A program made the position numbers and the translations under genes. A DNA stretch of 63,503 nucleotides, filler included, from Octopus bimaculoides (lineage: Eukaryota): the NCBI RefSeq assembly GCF_001194135.2. It is 5 parts of 5 records of this genome, joined end to end, with 100 filler letters (N's around TTAATTAATTAA, not from the genome) between each part and the next. Parts side by side here need not be neighbours in the genome. Positions count along the whole stretch, not along the records: positions 1 to 25,878 come from NC_068989.1; 4 more parts are not named here. The stretch is one strand, 5' to 3'. The notes beneath the pieces were generated by a model. It worked only from the letters and a program-made list of their open reading frames with translations, searched no databases and had not been told where the DNA came from. Numbering within the stretch: position 1 is the first letter of the stretch; every line of letters starts with the position of its first letter. Of this stretch, positions 1 to 12,715 are shown in pieces.

Positions 1-3
1 TAA

Positions 4-34
<31 letters not shown>

Positions 35-170
35 AAGAAGAAGAAGAAGAAGAAGAAGAAGAAGACCGAGGAGAAGCACGAGAAGAAGAAGAAGAAGAAG
101 AAGAAGAAGAAGAAGAAGAAGAAGAAGAAGAAGAAAGGAAGGAAGGAAGGAAGGAAGGAAGGAAAGAAGT
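1..170. repeat. (GAA)n / (GGAA)n microsatellite; many further (TA)n, (CA)n, (GA)n and (AAT)n tracts occur throughout, usually at gap edges
   Basis: Direct reading. Confidence 0.95.
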
Positions 171-181
171 TTTCCTCACTA

Positions 182-760
182 CATAGAAATAGTAGCAGCA
201 CGAAGAACATTGAAAGCAACTGCTGTAAAGAGAAAAACAAAAATGGAGTTAGCGGCGGGAAAGAGATTTTTTGCAAATATCACGGCAGCTAAGGAAGTCG
301 TTAACATCTCATTGGAGAACAAAATGGAAAAACTAAACAAGGCAGCAAAATATATGAAAAGGAATGGAAGGAAGGCAGAATTGACGCCTCCAAGCGACGT
401 GCTTGAAGCAACAGCCAAACGGACAGTTGTCTACAGGTGCGTAAACACAAAGAGAAGGAAACTAGAAAACGCTAAACGCGACCACGTGGGAAAAGCTTTG
501 AAAGATATATGGCAGGATATCCACCACACTGCGAGAGCGAGACAGTACGGCGGAGCAGAGGTCCTTTTTAAGACCGAGCGGCAGGCGATACTGAGCTCGG
601 TAGCCACGCATCGATTCTACCGGTTCACCACCTTATACCAAGAACAACATATTAACCAATGAAAAAGCTAGCAGCCGACGCGGGATCATATGAGCCGATA
701 ATCAATACTCTTGAAACAGCAGTAGAACCTGCCTGAAATCATAACATACTTTCTCAATAA
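182..760 (+). mobile_element. TE-derived ORF fragment, possibly Penelope-like
   Basis: A 150-aa ORF with KRFFANITAAKEVVN...EKLNKAAKYMKRNG, loosely resembling the PLE RT thumb region, followed by a degenerate hammerhead-like GAAAC agca GTA and aataaa. Confidence 0.35.
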
Positions 761-1338
761 AATAAATTCAAAATGAATGTCTCAAAATAAACTCGACGGC
801 CAAGGATGGAATACTTTTGGTTATAGGTCGGCTCAGTTTTGTGAGCCTGTATTTGATCGTCCCACACGCTGGAAATATTAACAAAATCATCCACAAAAAT
901 CATTCCTGGATTATGGGAATCCTATATTCACAGTCTGTAAAATATAATCCTTTCGACTAAAGGCACAAGACCTGAAATTTGGGGGACGGGGCTAGTCGAT
1001 TAGATCCACTGGTACTTAATTGTTCGACCCTGAAAGGATGAAAGGCAAAATCGATCTCGACGGAATTCGAACTCAGAACGTAGCGACGGGCGAAATACGC
1101 TAAACATTTCGTCCAGTCTGTAAAATACAAGAGAGCCGGTCATAGTGAATGAGCGCTTTACTTTGGGTTAAACCTCAAAACTCGTTGGCGAATCTCAATT
1201 TGTATTTGAACGTTAAGTTCAATTCAAATTTTATTTTCGTTTGCTGTGTATTTAATATCTCATTCGTATCTTCTTATTCCTCTTCGTAAATTTTATGTAA
1301 ATAGAAATTCCAAAAACAAAGCAAATAATATGAATATA

Positions 1339-1503
1339 GGCACAGGAGTGGCTGTGTGGTAAGTAGCTTGCTTACCAACCACATGGTTCCGGGTTCAGTA
1401 CCACTGCGTGGCATATTGGGCAAGTGTTTTCTACTATAGCCTCGTGCCGACCAAAGCCTTGTAAGTGAATTTCATATACGGAAACTGAAAGAAGCCTGTC
1501 GTA

Positions 1504-1540
<37 letters not shown>

Positions 1541-1868
1541 NNNNNNNNNNNNNNNNNNNNNNNNNNNNNNNNNNNNNNNNNNNNNNNNNNNNNNNNNNNN
1601 NNNNNNNNNNNNNNNNNNNNNNNNNNNNNNNNNNNNNNNNNNNNNNNNNNNNNNNNNNNNNNNNNNNNNNNNNNNNNNNNNNNNNNNNNNNNNNNNNNNN
1701 NNNNNNNNNNNNNNNNNNNNNNNNNNNNNNNNNNTCGGCAATAAGCCCGATAGAATAAGTACTAGGCTTATAAAGAATAATTCCTGGGGTCGATTTGCTC
1801 GACTAAAGGCGGTGCTCCAGCATGGCCGCAGTCAAATGACTGAAACAAGCAAACGAGAGTAAAAGAGA
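1339..1868 (+). mobile_element. SINE family A (tRNA-like head, internal (TA)n/(TG)n tract, gap inside)
   Basis: ggcacaggagtggctgtgtggtaag...ggttccgggttcag head with A/B-box-like motifs; tail ggtcgatttgctcgactaaaggcggtgctccagcatggcc. Confidence 0.85.
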
Positions 1869-3239
1869 ATAGAAATATTAAAATGAAAAACAAGGACAAA
1901 ATTTAAGATTAAAACACTAAACTTAGCTTCCATTTTATCTACTGCAAACGTGACTAGTCTAGACACCGTACGACACTGACATTATAATATACGTTTCAAT
2001 TTATATAATTTTGGTGTAAAAGGGGGATGGGGGATGGAATAGAAGTTACAACATATTTAGTCCTGAGATAAAACATATTTATGGGCTCGAAAGAGAGATT
2101 TCCCCGACTGAAATCCGGTTATAGAAAAAAATCTCGTCTGACACTCTAGCAGTTTAACAGCTGTTAAGTTCATTGGTTCATCTTTTTCGAAATAAAACAT
2201 CACCAGATTTTAGGTCGAAGGAGGTTAGCAAAGGTGTGATAAGAAATAAGTGACGATATATTTATATACCGTGTAATACTGTCAGGTCATATGATGTGGT
2301 GTATATATGTATGTATATGATTGTGTGTGTGTGTGTGTGTGCATGTGTGTTTGTGCGTGTTCCGGGTCTTTATACGTATACATACATATACTCTCTTCTT
2401 CTCATACATACGATAGTTACAGCCGGACGAATGTTAAACGATAGCTCCGCAATACATGTTTCAGAAGATATGCGTTTTTTTTGTTCTTTGTTCTTTGTTT
2501 TTCGTTGTTGTTTTTTTTTTTTTTCATTAAAGCTGAAACTTGAGTCAAACTCTCAGCTTCAGGTTCAATAAACACACACAAACATAGATAGATAGACAGA
2601 CAGACAGAAAGAGAGACAGAATGACAGACAGACAGACAGACANNNNNNNNNNNNNNNNNNNNNNNNNNNNNNNNNNNNNNNNNNNNNNNNNNNNNNNNNN
2701 NNNNNNNNNNNNNNNNNNNNNNNNNNNNNNNNNNNNNNNNNNTATATATATATATATATACGTATATATTTATATATATATATATATATATAAGAATGGT
2801 TAAATAGCAAAAGCGTTAGAGAACGAAAGTGGCAAAAGAAAGACTGACAACGCTGACAAACATATAGAATGCAAATTAGTGAAGTTGAAGAGACAGGAGT
2901 TTGAAAAGGAATGCCATTAACTGCGCTAAGTGAAAGGAACAATTTAGATCTGAATAAACAAGCCGTCAATGTTGCTATTCACTCTACGAAGGTACGTGGA
3001 TGGGAGATTTCCTGATTTAGCATAGGATTGAAAACATAAAGCAACAAATATTTTGTTACAGAAAAACAAATAGGTGTATCTAGTTAATTTTGGTACGCTG
3101 GCTGAAAATCTTTGTTCAGAAAGTTTCTATTACGTCCAGATTTTCCACAAAATCAAATTCTAGGTATTTTGTGAATACAGTAACATCAATATATAATCTT
3201 ACTTCTTTTCTGGTCATTGGATAGACATATCCTTTCATA

Positions 3240-3720
3240 TACCCTAACTAATTTTTCAGATCTTGTGTGATCTATCAGAAGGGCAACAAATAGCTGTGCA
3301 TGTGTAAATCATGCCGATAACTTCTGCTATATCTATCAACAATTTGTATATTCTAATCTCATAGTGTCGGAACATAGTGACAGCATCAGGGATCAAAACT
3401 TGCCTATATGTATAATCATCGTAGTAATTTTGGAGACTAAGAGAGGAATTGGAGACTATGTATTGCTGTGTACTGTGCACTGCAGTGTTAACAGCTTGAC
3501 TGGATGTTAAAAGAAGTGCTACGATTCACAATCTCAATGCTTTGATGTGAAATCATGATTTTAATTTGCTGACTTGTTATTGCATGTCAAAGATAACTGA
3601 TTTCGTAAAGGAAAATAATCATGGATCATCTAGCCAAACTACCGATCAGTCTTAAAAGTTAGTACCTTATGAGGAAATAAACTTACTGCCAGTTACATCA
3701 ACAATATGATTGCAGTTCTT
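3240..3720 (+). pseudogene. Decayed DNA-transposon transposase N-terminus (superfamily not assigned)
   Basis: Frameshifted pieces CVNHADNFCYI, KLAYMY..FGD.ERNW, LRFTISML and LVPYEEINLLPV match, from recall, the invertebrate CxNxPDxFCYICG...GDQDKxWAPH...WREPxNH transposase pattern. Confidence 0.55.
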
Positions 3721-5122
3721 CTGAAGAGTTAACTTGTGATATGGAAACAGAGAAAATATCTCATGTGTTCTTAGATACACATGGTTCTCTACGTTTGCAA
3801 ATTTATGTAAATTTAAATGCTTTGATGCGAGATTTCGAATTTACAAAAGAATGCTTTAGGTGTTTTCGCTTAATAAACACTCACAACACCCGGTCTGGGA
3901 TTCGTTACCACGATCCTACGACCGCGAGTCGGCTGCCCTAACCACTGGGGCATTGCGCCTCCACTCTGTTTGGGTAGTCGTTGCTGATGAGGGTTTTACG
4001 AGGTCGGAGTACAAATCCTATCTCGAGCTCTTTTAGTCAGCTTTTATGACACGGAGAGGAAACGTTGAGTCTATTTTTTTTATGATGCAGGTCCCCACAC
4101 ATCACTAGATCAACGTGAAATGAAGCGTTTTGATCAAGAACACGATACACCGCGCAGTCTAGTAATCGAACTCACGACTTGGCGATGGCGAGTGCAGCGC
4201 TTTAACTACTAAGCCACGCGCTTTCACGTAGGATATAGGACATCTCTTTAAAAAAATCCATTTTAACATTCCCATCGTCCCGCCTTCTCTTCAAATATTG
4301 AGGCCGTAAGTGGCATGTGTGAGGAGCATTTCCAGCAGCCAGCAGAGTTCTGTTATGGAAAACAGATATCAAAGGAAATTCAACCGAAATATGATAGGTG
4401 ATTAGCGTTTGTCCTTGCCGAGAGAAAGAAATAGAGAGAAAAAGAGCGAGAGAGAAAGAGAGAAGGGGAGATAGAAAGAGTAGGAGAGAGAGAGAGAGTG
4501 TGGCGGGGAGGAAGTTTCATCGCACAAATGACAGAAGGAGCAGTTCTGATTCCCGATAGGAATTTGCTATATGTAGTTAGAAGATGATGACTGTACGCTT
4601 TTCGTGAATGGTCGGTTGCAGATTTGCAAATTTTCTCCTGTAAAATTCCATTGTCTTACACAACCGGAAATAAGGAGGAAGGACAACCGTATGAGCATTA
4701 CGTAAGCATTACTAACATACATAAATCAAGGCACAGAAAAGTAGCATAATTACATTATGTAATAGAAGTCGAGGACGGAAAAGGAAAAAAAGCGGGGGTC
4801 TTCGGTTTCACATAATCTGGATGTGATAGGGAAATTTGGCTGTCAGACCTGAATTCAGCGTTAACCGATTTGGTAGGAAACGGCAGATCCGATGTTTGTA
4901 ATAAAGAGCATTTGAACTGTGTTTCCTAATATTATATGACCGAGCTGGGTTGTCTCATTTAGAGCAAGGTCTGCAAAGTGTAAGGAACGTTCTGTGATTA
5001 TATATGGGAGAAAGTGGGAGCATAGTTATTGAGTCAGTGTGTGTGTATGTGTGTGCGTACGTGTACGACAGTGTGCTTGTGTGAACATCCTTGTGTGTGC
5101 GAAGCAAATATAGTTGAGTAAG

Positions 5123-6150
5123 TAAATGTGTAAGGGGAGAGTTAGTGATGAGTGAGAGGTAAATGTGTAAGGAGAGAGTGAGAGATGAGTGAGAGGTAAA
5201 TGTATAAGGGGAGAGGGAGTGATGAGTGAGAGGTAAATGTATAAGGGGAGAGGGAGTGATGAGTGAGAGGTAAATGTGTAAGGGGAGAGTGAGTGATGAG
5301 TGAGAGGTAANNNNNNNNNNNNNNNNNNNNNNNNNNNNNNNNNNNNNNNNNNNNNNNNNNNNNNNNNNNNNNNNNNNNNNNNNNNNNNNNNNNNNNNNNN
5401 NNNNNNNNNNNNNNNNNNNNNNNNNNNNNNNNNNNNNNNNNNNNNNNNNNNNNNNNNNNNNNNNNNNNNNNNNNNNNNNNNNNNNNNNNNNNNNNNNNNN
5501 NNNNNNNNNNNNNNNNNNNNNNNNNNNNNNNNNNNNNNNNNNNNNNNNNNNNNNNNNNNNNNNNNNNNNNNNNNNNNNNNNNNNNNNNNNNNNNNNNNNN
5601 NNNNNNNNNNNNNNNNNNNNNNNNNNNNNNNNNNNNNNNNNNNNNNNNNNNNNNNNNNNNNNNNNNNNNNNNNNNNNNNNNNNNNNNNNNNNNNNNNNNN
5701 NNNNNNNNNNNNNNNNNNNNNNNNNNNNNNNNNNNNNNNNNNNNNNNNNNNNNNNNNNNNNNNNNNNNNNNNNNNNNNNNNNNNNNNNNNNNNNNNNNNN
5801 NNNNNNNNNNNNNNNNNNNNNNNNNNNNNNNNNNNNNNNNNNNNNNNNNNNNNNNNNNNNNNNNNNNNNNNNNNNNNNNNNNNNNNNNNNNNNNNNNNNN
5901 NNNNNNNNNNNNNNNNNNNNNNNNNNNNNNNNNNNNNNNNNNNNNNNNNNNNNNNNNNNNNNNNNNNNNNNNNNNAGTGAGTGATGAGTGAGAGGTAAAT
6001 GTATAAGGGGAGAGTGAGTGATGAGTGAGAGGTAAATGTATAAGGGGAGAGTGAGTGATGAGTGAGAGGTAAATGTATAAGGGGAGAGTGAGTGATGGGT
6101 GAGAGGTAAATGCATAAGGAGAGAGTGAGTGATGAGTGAGAGGTTAATGT
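5123..6150. repeat. 37-bp minisatellite (gagtgagtgatgagtgagaggtaaatgtataagggga)n spanning a gap
   Basis: Period 37 is visible on both sides of the 5311-5975 gap. Confidence 0.92.
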
Positions 6151-6206
6151 CTAATGAGTTAAGTAAAAGATGTGTCCGTAACAGAAAGTCGCAACGTCGT
6201 CCGTAT

Positions 6207-6460
6207 TCTTTTATTTGTTTCAATCATTTGACTGTGGCCATGCTGGAGCACTGTCTGTAGCCGAACAATCGACCCACGGGCTTATTCTATGTAAGTCTAG
6301 TACTTATTCTATCGGTTTCTTTGGTCGAACCGCTCAGTTACGGGGACGTAAACACACCAGCATCAGTTGTCAAGCGATGGTTGGGGGACAAGTACAGACA
6401 CACACAAATATATATAGATATATGCGACGAGATTCTTTCAGTTTCCATCTACCAAATTTC
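6207..6460 (-). mobile_element. SINE family A, 3' part
   Basis: Reverse complement of the family A tail and middle. Confidence 0.8.
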
Positions 6461-6499
6461 CTGGTTTGCTCTGTTACGGATCTCAGATGAATAGAGAAA

Positions 6500-7020
6500 A
6501 GTACCAACTTTTCGATGAGACCATTTATGACTGAATGACTGACCAGGCGCAACCAAGTAAAATAAATAGTTTCAACTAAAGCATCACCAATGAAAACCTG
6601 TTGTCTAAATTTAAAAAAGAAGGTAGATGAAGGAAAATTTTGATTCAACGAACAATTTCCACAAACGAAAAAAAAATACAAAACTATTCTTCCAACTGAA
6701 TAGGACGTGAACACTGAAATGGGGAAAATCGCTTAAGCTAAGGTCATGAAATCTGTGACGCACTTAAATCATTATAAAGCAAGATCAGAAGATTTTTACG
6801 ATTGTCTCTGGAGAACACTTGAAATTTGGATAGAATTGATGAAAGGAATTTTTATTACATCAAAGAAGCGAAACTTATGTGATTACAAGAAATGGTGAGG
6901 TATTTGCCTTGTTATTTATAGACATGGAAGCGTTTGCTAAAGTAATTTGAGCCTGTTGTTCACAAGAAATCTTGGGAGGAACAAACAGGTTTCTGGGAGA
7001 AAGGGGATATGAATACCAAA
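6500..7020 (+). pseudogene. Highly decayed LINE RT fragment
   Basis: Frameshifted remnants resembling the KKxxLxDxxxWRGICLL...FAKVI...EEQxGFR stretch of non-LTR RTs. Confidence 0.45.
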
Positions 7021-7168
7021 TGTTTATAAAAAAAGCATATTATACAACAAGTAAACAAAGTGAGAATGTCATAACCCTTGCGTTTTGTTGATATCTTGAT
7101 GGCTTTTGGTGTAATATAAAAAGAAGCAATGTCGAAGAAAATGGCAAGATATGTCTACACATCTACCC

Positions 7169-7243
7169 TTATCACTGATCCGTTTATCACTGATCCATTC
7201 ATCACTGATCTGTTCATCCCTGATCCGTTCATCACTGATCCGA
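7169..7243. repeat. 5 x 15-bp tandem repeat (t[t/c]atcactgatccgt)
   Basis: Direct reading of five consecutive units. Confidence 0.9.
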
Positions 7244-7799
7244 GTTAAAGCGGTACGTTCGATTGTGAACTATGTTACGCTTATCACCGATTCATCTGTG
7301 ATAACATGAGTTGGTGGTTAATCGAAAATTCTACATGTATCGCCAAAACTCTCCCCGGTGACCACCTAGAATGCTCAGCTGCAGAATGCACTCAGAATCG
7401 CTAGCGTTTATATGACGGTGCTGCAAGGCTGCATATTTTTTATACGGATTTACGCACTCGAAGCCATCAGCATGGGCTCAGAGAACAGAAGAAATACAAA
7501 GGCAACTGATCTTAGCAAATTGCACCCTCCAGAAATCCCAAATTTTATTTTGGTCCTTATGGGGGCAACTGTCTTCTAAGACTCATATTGTCGTTCAACG
7601 CTCGGAATAGAGAGCAGATAGACAGCCGAAAACTGATGAAGGGTCGTTCTTTATGTTACTTGTCCTGTTTTCCATTTGTTTCTCTCGTTGTTTGCGTATT
7701 GAACTCATACGCTTTCGTATTTCATGTTGCTTATTGTTGGTGACGTCCTGTACCCATATATACATGTATATATATATATAAATACATATGTATGTGTTA

Positions 7800-8030
7800 T
7801 TTCTTTACTACCCACAAGGGGCTACACACGGAGGGGACAAACAAGGACAGACAAACGGATTAAATCGATTATATCGACCCCAGTGCGTAACTAGTACTTA
7901 TTTAATCGACCCTGAAAGGATGAAAGGCAAAGTCGACCTCGGCGGAATTTGAACTCAGAACGTAGCGGGTAGACGAAATACCGCTAAGCATTTCGCCCGG
8001 TGTGCTAACGGTTCTGCCAGCTCGCCGCCA
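7800..8030 (-). mobile_element. SINE family C
   Basis: Reverse complement of ggcgagctggcagaa...gaggtcgactttgcctttcatcctttc.gggtcga..aataagtac...gtgggtagtaaagaa. Confidence 0.85.
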
Positions 8031-8487
8031 TTATGTATGTGTGTGTATGTGTATGTATGTGTGTGTATGTATATATATATATGTATGTGTGTATATATAT
8101 ATATATATATCAAAGAAATCGAATTTTAACTCACTGTTTCAGGCTCTTCAAATTTACAGAACACAGAGATAAGTTATTAATATGCTAAAATTCACTCTAG
8201 CGGAGAAAAGGAAGTTTATGAGCACCCAATTCCAAAGTGATTCTTAAATTCGCTTGAAATTTGGTTTATATGATTGCTGAATATTTGGGTTAAGTACGAA
8301 CGATGTAACTTCCTATTTCTCATTCCAGTTATGTTAATAATTTAAAATAAATATTTTCAATGATGGAATCTAAATGCTTCAATGAAAATATTCCTTTGCT
8401 TCACCACCAAAAATTTGTTTTTGAATCGTACGTGAAATATGGGAAAACCACTCAAGCGTACTCACTCTCCCCCACCCTCTCTCTCTG

Positions 8488-8518
<31 letters not shown>

Positions 8519-8704
8519 TATAATATATATATATATATTTAACTACGTATTTGTCTATTTCTCTATCTATCCATCCATCTATCTATTTATCTCTCTCTCT
8601 CTTTATCTATAGATTTATCTATCTATCTCTCTATCTGCTTATTTGTAAGTTATTTACAATAGATGCAGGCATAAGAAACCAGCTTTACAGGTGAGTAAAA
8701 TATA

Positions 8705-8860
8705 ATACGACGGGCTTCTTTCAATTTCCGTCAACCAAATCCACTCACAAGGCCTTGGTCGGCCCGAGGCTATAGTAGAAGACACTTGCCGAAGGTGCCA
8801 CGCAGTGGGACTGATCTCGGAACCATGCGTTTCGTAAGCAAGCTACTTACCACACAGCCA
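8705..8860 (-). mobile_element. SINE family A head
   Basis: Reverse complement of the head through gaagcccgtcgtat. Confidence 0.8.
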
Positions 8861-9948
8861 TGTATATATGAATGAAGTTATAGTATAATATTTATGTATG
8901 TGTCTCTTTGCATTTGTGGTTGTCTCCTTCAATCTCAGTTGACAACCGTTGTTGGTTTATTTCTTCAAAACTTAACGGTTTGTTAAAAGACCCCCCGATA
9001 GAATAAGAACCAGACATCAAAAGCGATACCGGACGGGTTCGACTTTGCCTTTCATCTTTTGGAGATCGATAAATTAAGTACCAGTTGCGTACTGAGATTG
9101 ATCCAATCGACTGACACCCTCCCCAAAAATTTCGGGCCTTGTGCCTAGAGTAGAAAAGAATATATTTAGTGTTGCCCATTATGCGACATATTTTTTCTGT
9201 TCGTGATCTCTTGCAGAATTTCCGAGGCTTATAGTAAGAAGAGAGGTAACCATAAAATCCAAATTTATCTTGAACGCTTGCAGCACTGAGGATTCGGGTA
9301 AAGACTTTAAAGGTTTAAAGGACCCCGGACGTGGTGATAAACAGGATAACAGATAAAGTTTACTGGCCAAGTGGGCTACGAGCTCATATATCATACACCC
9401 GACAAAGTTCTAACGATATCGTGAACCCAGACTCAGCTTTGTACTTTATTTTTAAAATAAAAGGCAAATTTGACTCGGATTTGAACACAGGACGTTACAA
9501 GCAGAAAGGAAATCTCGCAAAGTATTTCGTCGAATATTGTAACGATTTTTGCCAGTTTGCCGAATAAGAAGAAAGAATAATCTAATCATTGTTGGCATGG
9601 TGTATTATACTGGAACTTCATATAAAAGGGGGAAAACGAGATTGATTAAAGAAATACAATGAGAGGGTGAGTGTGTCAGAAGGATGATTAGAGAAAAGGG
9701 TCGAGGTAGGAAAAGTGAATGAAAAAGCGAATAATAAATAGATAAGTATTGGCAGTCAGCACAATATTTGGACTAAATATGAACGATAAACAATTAGTGA
9801 GCTGTAGATGTTGGGCGTGGTGGGGGTGTTATGGTTCTTTCGCATCGGTCGAGCAGAAATACGATTAAAGTGTTCCAGCTACGAACATTCAAGTATTTTG
9901 GAGGATCTAAGAGTGCATTGACCAAAGTGACACACGCACATACACACA

Positions 9949-10004
<56 letters not shown>

Positions 10005-10500
10005 NNNNNNNNNNNNNNNNNNNNNNNNNNNNNNNNNNNNNNNNNNNNNNNNNNNNNNNNNNNNNNNNNNNNNNNNNNNNNNNNNNNNNNNNNNNNNNNN
10101 NNNNNNNNNNNNNNNNNNNNNNNNNNNNNNNNNNNNNNNNNNNNNNNNNNNNNNNNNNNNNNNNNNNNNNNNNNNNNNNNNNNNNNNNNNNNNNNNNNNN
10201 NNNNNNNNNNNNNNNNNNNNNNNNNNNNNNNNNNNNNNNNNNNNNNNNNNNNNNNNNNNNNNNNNNNNNNNNNNNNNNNNNNNNNNNNNNNNNNNNNNNN
10301 NNNNNNNNNNNNNNNNNNNNNNNNNNNNNNNNNNNNNNNNNNNNNNNNNNNNNNNNNNNNNNNNNNNNNNNNNNNNNNNNNNNNNNNNNNNNNNNNNNNN
10401 NNNNNNNNNNNNNNNNNNNNNNNNNNNNNNNNNNNNNNNNNNNNNNNNNNNNNNNNNNNNNNNNNNNNNNNNNNNNNNNNNNNNNNNNNNNNNNNNNGTA

Positions 10501-10544
<44 letters not shown>

Positions 10545-10546
<2 letters not shown>

Positions 10547-10767
10547 CGTGTTTGTGTGTCTGTGTTTGTCCCCTCACCATCGCTTGACAACCGATGCTGG
10601 TGTGTTTACGTCCCCGTAACTTAGCGGTTCGGCAAAAAGATACCGACAGAATAAGTACTAGGCTTACAAAGACTAAGTCTTGGGGTCGATTTGCTCGACT
10701 ATAGGCGGTGCTCCAGCATGGCCGCTGTCAAATGACTGAAACAAGTAAAAGAGTAAAGAGTAAAAAG
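10545..10767 (+). mobile_element. SINE family A, 3' part (5' part probably in gap)
   Basis: catcgcttgacaaccgatgctggtgtgtttacgtcccc...aaacaagtaaaagag. Confidence 0.85.
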
Positions 10768-11895
10768 TATGTGTGTGGGGGGGGTGTATGATTGTGTATG
10801 CTCACACGCATATTTATATGTATATGTGTGTAAGTGTGTTTGAAAACTGAATGTGCGAATGCCTACTGAACGTTATACAGAATATCCCTTGTTTCACAAT
10901 TTGTACTTAAAATGCATTGTCTTGCTTTGTATAACTCAATCTTTTCCACTCACGATTTGTTTGGCCTCATCACCGATAAGAATGTAAATGCGAAAAACAG
11001 AATCGACCCAAGAAAAGTCATGCGCTTTTTCCATTCTATTATGGAAATAAGTGTGAATTCTTGGTTGCCATAACGTGGTATGATTGGCGTACCAAACGCG
11101 ATTGCGCCTAAGAGATGACCTGACGATAGATAGTCAGCCTGTAATTTCGACAATATTCATTATCTGCCTGATCTTTTCTCGGCCTTAAACAATACAGATT
11201 TCAGAAAGTGGATGTCAACAGTAGCCCTAAGATGGCGTCCATTTTCCTTCAATGAGTCATTTGACCGTGCCTCAATATGAATACTGTCCAGAAAAACAAA
11301 GTTTTCCTTTTCTTTTTTTTTTTCGTTGGTTTGCTCTCTGAAGCGCATAGCAGAATTCGAAGCTTCAGTTACCCAATTATTTCAACCGTTGCTTTATTCT
11401 GATTATTTTTGTTTTGCTTTGCTCTTTTATTTTCTTTTATCAATTCCGAGGGAAAGAATTTATTGTGTTCCATAATTCAGGCATGTAAATTGGTTTTATA
11501 GTTTAGTGGAGTCGATGAAAAGCGCCCTCTGTTCCCAGTAACAGTGTATAGGTACAACTTCCTTCGCTGTTCATACTCAGTCGATAATTGCTGGAATTTG
11601 CTTAAATAAAGATGTTGTATTATGTAGGAGGGGCGATTGTGTTAGCAGTGGAGAGTTTATAGTGCTATCTGATACAGTTTAGAGGTTGTAAGGTTATATG
11701 ATTATAGCGAATATATCGTGGTTCCGTATGCGTGCAAGAGACAGATTCTGATATAGTATGAGCGTAATAGGGAGATCGAGGTGTTGTATTATTGTAATGG
11801 AAAGATTGTGGTGTCTGTAAACGTAATGGAAAAATTATAGTATTGTATGATTAAATGAGAGATTGTGATATTGCGAGCTTGTGCTCTTGTCTAAT

Positions 11896-12336
11896 TGTAA
11901 TGAAGCGATTACGAAGAGGAAACTGTACTGAGACGTATCGATGTATTATTTTAGAAATAGTCGTGTTGTGTGTTAACAATTGAGAGATTGTGGTTTTTGT
12001 GTGAATGTGAGGAAGAGATAGTGGTATCATGTGACTGTATCGAGAAACTGTGTTGTGGTGTGTTTTTATCATGTTAGAGCTTCGGGTACTGTATGGTTGC
12101 AAAGGAGTTTTATCCTACTGTAATGAAGTGACTGTGGAGAAAAAAACTGTACTGAGATGTATCGTTGTATCATTTAAGAAATAGTCGTGTTGTTTGATAA
12201 CAATTGAAAGATTGTAGTTTTTTGTGTGAGTGTAGGGAAGAAATAGTTGGTTGTATCGTGTGACTGAAACGAGGAATTGTGCTGTTGTGTGTTTTTATAA
12301 TGTTAGAGTTTGAGGTGTTGTTTGATTGCGAAGTAA
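11896..12336. repeat. Two diverged ~223-bp direct repeats
   Basis: Units begin tgtaatgaag at 11896 and 12119 and share aactgtactgaga.gtatcg and agaaatagtcgtgttgt. Confidence 0.8.
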
Positions 12337-12715
12337 AGGCGCAATGGCTCAGTGGTTAGGGCAGCGGACTCTCGGTCATAGAATCGCGGTTTCGATTCCC
12401 AGATTGGGCGTTGTGAATGTTTATTGCGCGAAAATACCTAAAGCTCCACGAGGCTCCGGCAAGGGATGGTGGTGAACCCTGCTGTACTCTTCCACCACAA
12501 CTTTCTCTCACTCTTACTTCCTGTTTCTGTTGTGCCTGTAATTCAAAGGGTCAGCCTTGTCGCTCTGTGTCACGCTGAATATGCCCGAGAACTACGTTAA
12601 GGGTACACGTGTCTGTGGAGTGCTCAGCCACTTGCACGTTAATTTTACGAGCAGGCTGTTCCGTTGATCGGATCAACTAGAACCCTCGACGTCATAAGCG
12701 ACGGAGTGCCAACAA
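12337..12715 (+). mobile_element. SINE family B (tRNA-derived head), full length
   Basis: aggcgcaatggctcagtggttagggcagcggactc...ggtttcgattccc head; ends gacggagtgccaacaa. Confidence 0.88.

Noticed and set aside
3985-4070. CTGATGA gggtttt...aaatcct hairpin
   Set aside because: The stem is not followed by GAAA, and no stem I can be formed.
4955-6223. 422-aa ORF and other long X-filled ORFs (e.g. 18723-19823, 20471-21695, 24042-25196)
   Set aside because: Products of N gaps and mini/microsatellites.
7169-7243. Possible CRISPR-like array
   Set aside because: Contiguous tandem units with no unique spacers, in eukaryotic DNA.
7625-7760. CTGATGA in gacagccgaaaactgatgaaggg
   Set aside because: No stem II followed by GAAA; it does not fold as a hammerhead.
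11177-11192. ttctcggcctt, similar to the U2 snRNA 5' end
   Set aside because: Only about 11 nt match, with no downstream U2 sequence.
12337-12420. tRNA-like sequences at SINE heads
   Set aside because: They continue into SINE bodies and lack a complete cloverleaf; not tRNA genes.
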